NCBI GenBank assembly: GCA_958448705.1
Contig: CAUDEY010000002.1
Location: 74,768 to 138,767, forward strand
Origin: an uncultured Clostridia bacterium
GTDB taxonomy: Bacteria > Bacillota > Clostridia > Christensenellales > QALW01
Length of the DNA: 64,000 bases
Reading direction: 5' to 3'
Shown: piece after piece, positions 25,551 through 33,647 of the stretch
Layout of the letters: every line of letters begins with the position of its first letter
How positions within the stretch are numbered: the first letter of the stretch is position 1
The notes under the pieces: model-generated
What the model saw: the letters and a program-made list of their open reading frames with translations, nothing else
What the model was told of the DNA's origin: nothing
Database searches by the model: none
Position numbers and translations under genes: made by a program

Positions 25551-27227
25551 ATGAATGGAACAAAGCAGGTATGCATTATGAAAACGGATGAAACAATTAA
25601 AAAGCTTTCCGATCAGGTATTTTTAGATAAACTCTACGGATATGCTTATCATCGTTGCCGCACGTCGCATGAGGCAGAGGATTTATGTTCCGACATCATC
25701 CTTGCTATTTTACGCGCAATTTATAACGGTAAGGAAATTCAAAACTTTTATGCGTTTGTCTGGACGGTAGCGCATCGAGTATATGCTGACTATTGTGAAC
25801 AGCGAAAAATACATTCTGATGCTGTAATTGATGCAGAATATTCCGATCATATCTTAAATACGCCGGAAACTCCGATTGACGCCTATTTTGAAAAAGAAGC
25901 GGAAAAAGAGCTGTTTTCCCGCATTATGAGAGAGATTTCCTTTCTTTCTAAGATTTATCGGGATGTTATGATCCTGTACTATCTGGACGAAATGAAAATA
26001 GCAACAATTGCAACATCGCTTGGCATTTCCGAAACAACGGTAAAGCAACGATTGTTTTCCGCCCGTAATGCCATTAAGAAAGAGGTGCAGAAAATGGAAA
26101 GCAGGAATTTATCATTAAAGCCGATAAATTTACAATTTGTTGGGACAGGCAGTCCCGTAGGAAATGATCCAAGTGAAAAAGCAAAAGAGCGTATGTTGTC
26201 ACAGAATTTGATTTATTTATGCAAAAACGAAGCCAAAACCGCAAAGGAACTATCCGAGGCTCTCTGCGTTCCGATGCCTTATATTGAAAATGAAATTGAG
26301 ATTCAGTGTAAGGGCTTAAACGGCAACTACGGACTATTACGCGATGTTGGTAACGGGAAATATATTTCCAATATTCTGATTGTGGAAGCTAAGGAATATG
26401 AAGAAGCAAACAGCATCTATGAAAAGTATCTGGATGAGTTTTGTACTTGTTTAAAAATATGTGTTGAAAACAGTAAGGATAAAATATTGTCGTTTCCGTT
26501 TTTGAACAAACAACAAGATGTAAAATTCGTCTTATGGTCTTTAATATCCCATACGGTATGGGATATGCAGAGGCATATCAATACGATTCTTGCCGATCAG
26601 TATTTTGGGAATATTGCACCGATAAAACGCGATTTTACAACGGTGGCTATCGCTGTCCGCGAAAATGAAGTGCTTAATATGGGCTTTTACGGCTGTGACG
26701 GTGTAATGGCAAATGATTTATGCGGTTACTCCCGTGTATTTTTTTCAAATATTTATAGTGACCGTATTGACAAGCATTTTGGGTGCGGACATAATCTTTC
26801 CACCGATCCTCAGATTTTATTGACGCTTCATGCAATCGGAGGCCTTGAGGTTAATGCTTTGACCGAAACAGAAAAAGAAATCGCAGCAAAAGCCCTGGAG
26901 TGCGGTTATCTGCGTAAAAACGGCACCACACTGGACCCGAAGATATTGGTGTTCAACGAAGAGGATCTATCTGCTTTTTATCATTTGTTTTCTGATTTTG
27001 ACAGCGATTCCAAACGGATTGCCGAAAAAATTTCCGGAGACATTGCAGCATATATAAAAAAGCATATCCCGAGACATTTGATTGGCGAATATCCTTATTA
27101 TAATTCTTTGATTGCCAGTGTTCGGATCCTGCATGACATTGTGGAAGAATGCATTAAGGAAGGGTTATTGATTCCTCCGGAAAACAGAGTTTGTGCTGAA
27201 GGTACATTCATAACAGTAAAAAAATAA
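25551..27227 (+). CDS. Sigma-70/ECF-like sigma factor fused to a long C-terminal extension (paralog 2)
   Basis: Same architecture as paralog 1: EAEDLCSDIILAIL...FYAFVWTVAHRVY, YRDVMILYYLDEMKIATIATSLGISETTVKQRLFSARNAIKKE, and TAKELSEALCVPMPYIENEIE. An alternative start is at 25578 (MKTDE). Confidence 0.75.
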   Translation: MNGTKQVCIMKTDETIKKLSDQVFLDKLYGYAYHRCRTSHEAEDLCSDIILAILRAIYNGKEIQNFYAFVWTVAHRVYADYCEQRKIHSDAVIDAEYSDHILNTPETPIDAYFEKEAEKELFSRIMREISFLSKIYRDVMILYYLDEMKIATIATSLGISETTVKQRLFSARNAIKKEVQKMESRNLSLKPINLQFVGTGSPVGNDPSEKAKERMLSQNLIYLCKNEAKTAKELSEALCVPMPYIENEIEIQCKGLNGNYGLLRDVGNGKYISNILIVEAKEYEEANSIYEKYLDEFCTCLKICVENSKDKILSFPFLNKQQDVKFVLWSLISHTVWDMQRHINTILADQYFGNIAPIKRDFTTVAIAVRENEVLNMGFYGCDGVMANDLCGYSRVFFSNIYSDRIDKHFGCGHNLSTDPQILLTLHAIGGLEVNALTETEKEIAAKALECGYLRKNGTTLDPKILVFNEEDLSAFYHLFSDFDSDSKRIAEKISGDIAAYIKKHIPRHLIGEYPYYNSLIASVRILHDIVEECIKEGLLIPPENRVCAEGTFITVKK

Positions 27228-27234
27228 TGATCAG

Positions 27235-27269
27235 CTATCTCCGGAGCGGTTTCACCGTTCCGGAGATAG
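27235..27269 (+). other. Conserved hairpin downstream of sigma paralog 2
   Basis: CTATCTCCGGAGCGG-tttca-CCGTTCCGGAGATAG, followed by TGTTATCTTT. Confidence 0.55.
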
Positions 27270-27524
27270 TGTTATCTTTACAGCTTTACAATTGCAAAAA
27301 TATTTTCTTTTCCTATTGATAAAAGCGTGTAGTGCGAATATAGTGGATTTACAAGTGATTTTGAATACGATATCATTTTACCAATTTCAGCAGCAAGACC
27401 AACAGAGGAAACTATATTTCCACGTAACGTTGAGTTTCAGTTGCGAATTGGTATGTAGATTTTTTTATAAAAAGTTTATAAAATATAAGTACGGTACCGA
27501 TATATTTATTGGGAGGCGAAACCG

Positions 27525-28619
27525 ATGTCAATAGGACAAATGATTAAATTATGCCGAAAAGAAAAAGGCTTTACGCAAAATGAACTGGCTGAGCTTATTG
27601 GAGTATCGATGCAGGCAGTTTCCAAATGGGAGACAGATGCAGGGATGCCGGATATTTCTCAGCTTGTTCCTCTCGCAAGAGTGCTGGAAGTATCTACTGA
27701 TAAACTTCTGGGCCTTGTTGATTCTGACACAGATGCAGAATTAATGAAGCTTCGGAAAGATATAGGATGTCACAATATTTCTTTTGAAGCGAACGAAGCA
27801 ACACGGATATATAATTTAGCAGAGCCTTATTTTTCTGTTCACCCAACAAATTCTGAGGTTGCGTTTATCTGCCTGGAAAGCTTAGCCGAGCTTATAGCAT
27901 CAAGAACCTTAGATAAAACTAAAGTGCAGCTTGTCTCTGAATGCGAGAGGTATGCAAATTGCATTTTCCGCTATGAAACAGATGCGGATCAGATTTGCAA
28001 AACTTACTATGTTATGTCACGCGCATATCGCCTATTAGGAGAAGAGGAAAAAGCAGCAAATATGCTGGAAAAACTTCCGCTGGTTTTTGGTGACAGAACC
28101 TATTGGGAAGCAGAATTTGCGTTTGCAGATAAAAACATGACGCTTGCACTGCAAAAATGCAAGGAGAGTTTTGCCGAAAAAGCACGGTTTATTTCAAGGT
28201 GTATTAGATTGGCAAGAATGATAAGCGAAACACAAGACGGCAATAATGCACTATCCTATCAAGTGGCATTAAACGAATACATGCTGAATATTATAAATGC
28301 CTTTTTATCTGGCGGAGATTATATTCCCTTTCGCCAAATATATCAAAAAATCTCTCTTTTATGTCAAATGGTAAGTCAGTATACAGAACTCGGCAATGCA
28401 GATAAAGCTTTGGACTGTGTTAAACAACTTCTTAAAGCAAGAGATGATTTTTATAAATGCCTTGAAAACCCGAGTAATAAACATAGTTTATTATTTATTG
28501 AAGGGAACCGTGATGGAGATTGGCACGTAACACCTGAAAGAATGAATGACTATGTTTCCTATGCACTGGATAAATTAAAAACTTTTCCACAGTTTGAGAA
28601 AGATTTTGAGTTAGCCTAA
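27525..28619 (+). CDS. XRE-family HTH regulator with a long helical-repeat (TPR-like) C-terminal domain, RNPP/Rgg-like architecture
   Basis: GGGAGG RBS is present. HTH_3 N-terminus is GFTQNELAELIGVSMQAVSKWETDAGMPDISQLVPLARVLEVSTDKLLGL. About 290 aa of helix-rich sequence follows (YYVMSRAYRLLGEEEKAANMLEKL). Confidence 0.7.
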   Translation: MSIGQMIKLCRKEKGFTQNELAELIGVSMQAVSKWETDAGMPDISQLVPLARVLEVSTDKLLGLVDSDTDAELMKLRKDIGCHNISFEANEATRIYNLAEPYFSVHPTNSEVAFICLESLAELIASRTLDKTKVQLVSECERYANCIFRYETDADQICKTYYVMSRAYRLLGEEEKAANMLEKLPLVFGDRTYWEAEFAFADKNMTLALQKCKESFAEKARFISRCIRLARMISETQDGNNALSYQVALNEYMLNIINAFLSGGDYIPFRQIYQKISLLCQMVSQYTELGNADKALDCVKQLLKARDDFYKCLENPSNKHSLLFIEGNRDGDWHVTPERMNDYVSYALDKLKTFPQFEKDFELA

Positions 28620-28781
28620 TGACGATTTCTATGTGGAAAATACAGATCCTCATTCCGTGAACCTGCATGAACACTAAAATCACCGTGTCACGGTAAATCT
28701 GTCAGCAAAATAATATATTTTTGCGGTATATTCTGCTCCACCATATAAAAACGTCACTTTTGATATAAAAGCGATGAAAAC

Positions 28782-28811
28782 AAACCCCTTTGTTTATAAG
28801 GGGTTTTATTT
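28782..28811. terminator. Bidirectional terminator hairpin
   Basis: AAACCCCTT (28782-28790) pairs with AAGGGGTTT (28798-28806), followed by TTATTTT, with an A-rich stretch upstream. Confidence 0.7.
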
Positions 28812-29132
28812 TACATGAAATCTGTAGCATCGGGGTTGGTTTTGAGGCGGCGCAAACGGCTTCATAGCTTCCTCTCCTGATTTTACGCTCCGATTTACAA
28901 CTTTCTGCACCTACGCCGCTTATGTTCCCGGAATTTGCACTCCCTTGCATCCAATCATAAGATAATAATGTTTTTCTCTGCTATTGGGCCTGATCAATCA
29001 CGACAAAAGCACACGCAGAAAAGCTGCCAAGCGCCTTCTTTTTCCGAAATTTTAAAAACTGACTCTATGGCTAATTCTATAGATCATACCGTTTGTTATC
29101 TCAGAAGGGAACTGCCGATCTCCATTCCTGTT

Positions 29133-29804
29133 TCATCTTGTTGCCAGCTGATAACTCTTGTCGATCCTGCAATAGATTTCCTCTATGGATACTGAACCGT
29201 CCAAAATTATGGTGTACCAGTTTCTCTTATTCATATGCCAACCGGGAAAGTATTTTTTATAGTCTACCGTAGCGCTCATCTGTTCCGGTTCAATCCGTAA
29301 ATCAATGATTTCAGCTACTTCATCAGAAGAAAGTTTTAACTTTCTTCGGGGAACCGTAAGAATTGCACCATACCATTTTTGTGTATCTTTCCTGCGCCAG
29401 ACGGCATTATCAGGGAATTTCGTCCAAAGAAACTCCAGTTCATCCCCATAAGTTTGGCGGACATACGCAATCGCCGCTTTTGTCTGTGTGCACTGAAAGA
29501 TATCAGGCTCAAAACATTTTTCTGCAATGTCAGTGAGCACCTGTTCATATTCCTTTTTCACGCCAGCAATAAAGCTTCCCACTGCGCCATCTGTAAGATG
29601 CAAAGTGTATGGCTCATTTGTCTCCGTATCGATTACTGTCGCTTTAACCAAGCCATCCCGCGTAAGTTCTACCATCATTGAAAATCCGCTGCCAGGCAGC
29701 ACGGTACAATGAAAATACTTGCTATCGTTTTCTAAGAAGCCATAAGCAGATAATTTTGACAAATTGACTTTACTTTTTTTAAAAATGTTGCTTATGCTAT
29801 CCAC
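29133..29804 (-). CDS. MmcQ/YjbR-family DNA-binding protein with an N-terminal extension
   Basis: The C-terminal half (WYGAILTVPRRKL...IDLRIEPE...PGWHMNKRNWYTIILDG) is typical of YjbR. A GTG at 29804 is preceded by AGGAGG. Confidence 0.7.
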   Translation of the reverse strand: MDSISNIFKKSKVNLSKLSAYGFLENDSKYFHCTVLPGSGFSMMVELTRDGLVKATVIDTETNEPYTLHLTDGAVGSFIAGVKKEYEQVLTDIAEKCFEPDIFQCTQTKAAIAYVRQTYGDELEFLWTKFPDNAVWRRKDTQKWYGAILTVPRRKLKLSSDEVAEIIDLRIEPEQMSATVDYKKYFPGWHMNKRNWYTIILDGSVSIEEIYCRIDKSYQLATR

Positions 29805-30111
29805 CCTTGCTCCTCCTGCACATTTCTGCTGTCGCAAAGTTAGTTTTGTATTGATATTCTCAGATCATTATAACATAGAAAATCGGATACGGGCCCTATT
29901 TTTTCATACAATCGTGCATAAACCGAGCATCATCGCGGTGCAGCGCAACGAAACTATAGCATCCCAATGTTCTAATCAAACGTTGAACGGTTTCCCCAAA
30001 AAGCTTTTTTGCTTTGTCAGCAAATTTTTGTTATAATAATAAGAGTAAAAAGGAACTCTGCGGTTTAAAAAGTCAGGCTTGAAAGCGAAGCGCAGATGCA
30101 AAGAAAGGAGC

Positions 30112-30828
30112 ATGATGATGAATCTATATCCGTCTATTTTTCAACGAAGATCCTGCCGCAAATATACTCTGCAGCCGCTGGAGGAAAAATTTCTGAAAGA
30201 AATCGAACGTGCAATTGCAGGCTTTGAGCCTCTATTTCCTGAATGTCCGCTTCAGTGGCGGTTCACCAATAAAGTAAAGGGGCGGTTTTATGTAGAAGCG
30301 CCCCACTATATAATCATAAGCGGACAGGGATCCCCAAACGAAAGAGAAAATGCCGGATTCTTGTTTGAACAGCTCGTCCTATGGTTTGATGCTATGGAAA
30401 TCGGCTGCGTGTGGCTTGGTGAGTCAAAAGACGCTGAAACGCCCCCTTTGAAAGATGACATGATTGCCATCGGATTCGGGCTTACAGCAGAACCAGTCCA
30501 CAGAACAGGCGAACAGTTCAAGCGCAAACCAATCGAACAGATCACCAACGCCCCAGAAGACCCTTGTATGCAGGCCGTTCACCTGGCTCCTTCCGGACTG
30601 AATTTGCAGCCCTGGTATTTAGAAAAGCAAGGAGATAAGGTTTTAATATATAAGCAGAAATTAAAGCCGCCCCTTTCCCTTTTTTATAAGCATTCGGATC
30701 TTGATATGGGCATTGCGCTGTGCCACTACGCTTTAGCCTGTAAGGAAACCGGAAAGCCGTTTCGTTTTTCGCGTTCCGCGGCCTTAAAAGAAAAAGCCGG
30801 ATTTCTGCCTTTTGGCGTAATTGAATAA
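30112..30828 (+). CDS. Nitroreductase-family protein
   Basis: IFQRRSCRKY N-terminal motif and APSGLNLQPW, with AAAGGAG RBS before the ATG at 30112. Confidence 0.75.
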   Translation: MMMNLYPSIFQRRSCRKYTLQPLEEKFLKEIERAIAGFEPLFPECPLQWRFTNKVKGRFYVEAPHYIIISGQGSPNERENAGFLFEQLVLWFDAMEIGCVWLGESKDAETPPLKDDMIAIGFGLTAEPVHRTGEQFKRKPIEQITNAPEDPCMQAVHLAPSGLNLQPWYLEKQGDKVLIYKQKLKPPLSLFYKHSDLDMGIALCHYALACKETGKPFRFSRSAALKEKAGFLPFGVIE

Positions 30829-30943
30829 TGGCATTCCCAAAACCGCCCCTTCATGAGGCCAGGGATCTGCAGCATAAAAATTTCTGCGGCAGCGTTCAAT
30901 TGTTTTTTTAATCTACCCTTTTATGCCGCCTCTTTACAGACAC

Positions 30944-30973
30944 AAAGCTCCCCCTTGCACGGGGAGCTTTTTT
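30944..30973 (+). terminator. Rho-independent terminator after the nitroreductase gene
   Basis: AAAGCTCCCC pairs with GGGGAGCTTT across a 7-nt loop, followed by TTTTAT. Confidence 0.8.
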
Positions 30974-31103
30974 ATATCGCAGCCTTCAAGCAGCGCGGAC
31001 GCGTTTGCTGCTTCTCTTCTGGTTGCGCTCTTATGAAGGAAATTCAACGGCCTTCGTTTTTACAACAATTAAAATGATTTTTAACATCTTTGTTTTTATC
31101 CTG

Positions 31104-31112
31104 TGCTATAAT
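31104..31112 (+). promoter_or_regulatory. Candidate extended -10 promoter for the glycoside hydrolase gene
   Basis: TGCTATAAT lies 50 nt upstream of the ATG at 31163. Confidence 0.4.
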
Positions 31113-31162
31113 ACCCCGGAAATAAAGCGTACGGGCACAGTACGCAAAAATCAGGAGGATGC

Positions 31163-33232
31163 ATGAATATTTCTACCAATGTATTCAAGCGCTGCGAAAT
31201 TGTTCTTCACAGCACTAAGGAATACGAAAATCCCTTTATGGATGTTGACATTGACGCCGTTTTTACGCATGAAAGCGGCAGAAAGATCACTCTGCCCGGA
31301 TTTTGGAATGGTAAAAACGAGTGGAAGGTCCGCTTCAGTGCAGACAGACCCGGAACATGGAGCTACACCGTAACCTGTACAGATCAAGAAAATCCGTCTC
31401 TCTGTGACAACGGCATTATCGAAGCTCTTCCGTGCCATCCGCAGACCAAGCTGGAAAAGCACGGTTATGTGCGGCTTGATCCTCAAAAGCGCTATATGGT
31501 TTATGAGGACGGGACTCCTTTCTTTTATCTAGGCGATACCCATTGGATGATGCCGGATTATGAGCGCCTGCATGAATGCAATTATCCCGGCTGCACCTGC
31601 GGAAATCAGTTTAAGCATACGGCAGACGACAGGATCCGAAAAGGATTTAATGTATATCAAACATACTTCAGTGCCGCCCGCACCGCTACTACCCGCGGCG
31701 GTACACCTAGCTGGTGGAAAAAAGCGTATACACTGATCGACCCGGAGGCCTTTAACCAGACCATGGATATTATGATAGAATATCTGGCGCAAAACGGTAT
31801 TACAACAGCACTGGGCTTCGGCACCCATTATGCAACCATTCACTCCTTTCATCAAGACCCCAAGCCGCTGCTTGCTTTTGCCCGATACTGCGTAGCCCGC
31901 TATGCTTGCTATCCGCTGATATGGATCACTGCCCAGGAGATCACCAATTTAAAGGAAAACGCCTTTACCCTGTGGAAGCAGGTAGGGCAGTTGGTAGGCG
32001 AGCTTGACGGATATCACCGGCCCAACGGCGCGCATATGCATGTTCATCCTATAACCGATCCCCGATCCGCTGAGCTGAACCGACAGCCCTGGCATCAGTG
32101 GTGGACGGTACAGGGCGGCCACGGCGGCTATGATCAGCTGCGCCCGCGCAGCTTTTACCAGGGCTATTATGAAAACACAGAAAACAAGCCCTTTATTGAA
32201 ACCGAATGCCAGTATGAGGATATTCACTGCAGCGGCTTCTGCGGACATGACGCTCCCAGAATGGGCGCCTGGCAGGCCGTACAGTGCGGTTCCGCGGGCT
32301 TTACCTACGGTGTTACCGGGCTTTGGGCCATGGGCTGGAATCAAAAAGATGATCAGAACTTGATCGACTATTCTCCGGAACCTTGGTTCGTAGGTCTGGA
32401 TAAACCGGGGTCCGAACAAGTCTGCTATATGAAAAAATTCTATGAATATGTGGGCTGGAGCCAGCTTACGCCTAGTTTTGGTCATGAGCTGGGCATATTT
32501 GAAATGCGCAAATATGTCTCCATTTCCCACAAAGAACAGGATATTTTTATTTATTACTTCTTTTCCAAAGATCCCGAAACCGGAACTTTGCGCGGATTAA
32601 AGAAAAATACGCGCTATCAGGCACGCTGGTTTGATCCGATAAATGGAAAATTTATCGATCTTCCCGCCATTACCACCGAAACCGGAGAAACCGATATTCC
32701 GCCCCGCCCGTCCTTGCGTGACTGGGTATTGCTGTTAAATACCGCGGACTTAGGCGATTATGAAACGGAAATCTATCCGGAATATATCCAGCCGATTCCC
32801 GCTGCAGACGCCATTTTAGGCGAAGAAATTAAAATCGCAGCGTTAAAAGCAAGCTCAGAAGAGGAGGCCCATCCCGCTGAAAATTTGACCGACGGCAATC
32901 CCCAAACGTATTGGCGCGGGTTCGCCCCCCTGACCTCGCAGACTATCACCGCGGATTTAGGCTCTGTACAAGAGGTGGGGTATCTGCATATCGAGTGCAA
33001 TATGCCTGCAATGCGTTTTATCGAATTTCGTATTTACGGCTCCGTTGACGGCGAGCACTATGAAATGCTGGCCGAACGGCTCGGCCGCTGCGTTGCCGTA
33101 GGGGGAAAATTCCCCCGGTTCTTTGATCCGATTAAAGGAAATTACCGCTATATCCGGTTATTTATCAATTCTACAAATGAAGCGCCGCAGCTGGAACTGA
33201 GCAAATTTGCAGTTTACAAAAAGGGTGAATAA
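31163..33232 (+). CDS. Glycoside hydrolase of the DUF5060/DUF4038 (GH140-like) type with a C-terminal F5/8 type C (discoidin) domain
   Basis: 689 aa. The N-terminal Ig-like part is FTHESGRKITLPGFWNGKNEWKVRFSADRPGTWSYTV. TPFFYLGDTHWMM matches the DUF4038 core. The C-terminal AENLTDGNPQTYWRG is discoidin-like. Confidence 0.6.
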   Translation: MNISTNVFKRCEIVLHSTKEYENPFMDVDIDAVFTHESGRKITLPGFWNGKNEWKVRFSADRPGTWSYTVTCTDQENPSLCDNGIIEALPCHPQTKLEKHGYVRLDPQKRYMVYEDGTPFFYLGDTHWMMPDYERLHECNYPGCTCGNQFKHTADDRIRKGFNVYQTYFSAARTATTRGGTPSWWKKAYTLIDPEAFNQTMDIMIEYLAQNGITTALGFGTHYATIHSFHQDPKPLLAFARYCVARYACYPLIWITAQEITNLKENAFTLWKQVGQLVGELDGYHRPNGAHMHVHPITDPRSAELNRQPWHQWWTVQGGHGGYDQLRPRSFYQGYYENTENKPFIETECQYEDIHCSGFCGHDAPRMGAWQAVQCGSAGFTYGVTGLWAMGWNQKDDQNLIDYSPEPWFVGLDKPGSEQVCYMKKFYEYVGWSQLTPSFGHELGIFEMRKYVSISHKEQDIFIYYFFSKDPETGTLRGLKKNTRYQARWFDPINGKFIDLPAITTETGETDIPPRPSLRDWVLLLNTADLGDYETEIYPEYIQPIPAADAILGEEIKIAALKASSEEEAHPAENLTDGNPQTYWRGFAPLTSQTITADLGSVQEVGYLHIECNMPAMRFIEFRIYGSVDGEHYEMLAERLGRCVAVGGKFPRFFDPIKGNYRYIRLFINSTNEAPQLELSKFAVYKKGE

Positions 33233-33236
33233 AAAA

Positions 33237-33268
33237 AGGCTGGTGCATAAGCATCAGCCTTAATTTTA
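33237..33268 (+). terminator. Terminator after the GH gene
   Basis: AGGCTGGTGC pairs with GCATCAGCCT (one G-U pair), preceded by A7 and followed by TAATTTTAT. Confidence 0.6.
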
Positions 33269-33442
33269 TCAAAGCTCTCGTATTCAAACTCCGTTCTTTC
33301 AAACATAGCTTTTCATATCAAAATCTGCCCCGCTTTCTCTTCTCTCCCTCTAACGATAGAGAGCAAGCATCAGCGAGCCTGTGGGAGCAAAAGCTTACCG
33401 CATAAACAGAACTCCTGCTTTTTCTCTCCCTCGTCAAAGCCT

Positions 33443-33505
33443 GCGTTTTGACACCTTTCTCGGCAGAGGGAGGCTTTTGCGGCAGGCTTTAATTTTTGCA
33501 ATAGA
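33443..33505 (+). repeat. Structured intergenic repeat family, copy A
   Basis: GCGTTTTGACACCTTTCTCGGCAGAGGGAGGCTTTTGCGGCAGGCTTTAATTTTTGCAATAGA aligns with 49763-49816 (+) and 42801-42861 (-). Confidence 0.65.
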
Positions 33506-33647
33506 TAAAAAAGCAAATTTTCTTGGCTTAAAATAGGGTTCATATTTCCATTTATTCGGAAATATACATCTATTTTCCATACCATATTAATAACATAAAA
33601 GCCCTTTTGTTCTTTCTGCTCTTTCTTTCGCAGCAGAATGCCATAGT

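Larger units (their letters stand above)
19107..28743. mobile_element. Putative eroded genomic islet at the ssrA 3' end (AT-rich, orphan genes, no recombinase seen)
   Basis: Composition and gene content break abruptly right after the tmRNA. tmRNA/tRNA-3'-end-like repeats occur at 19921 and 20880. The right limit is uncertain (CTCCACCA at 28736-28743 is only an 8-nt match). Confidence 0.4.

Noticed and set aside
27292-27534. An 80-aa plus-strand ORF in the spacer between sigma paralog 2 and the XRE-TPR gene.
   Set aside because: It has a TTG start and no RBS. Its AT-rich, low-complexity translation runs into the RBS and start of the next gene, so it is most likely non-coding promoter DNA.
28736-28743. 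CTCCACCA as an attR duplicate of the ssrA 3' end.
   Set aside because: I did not reject this outright, but an 8-nt match is expected by chance in about 10 kb. It is kept only as a weak boundary candidate inside the islet finding.
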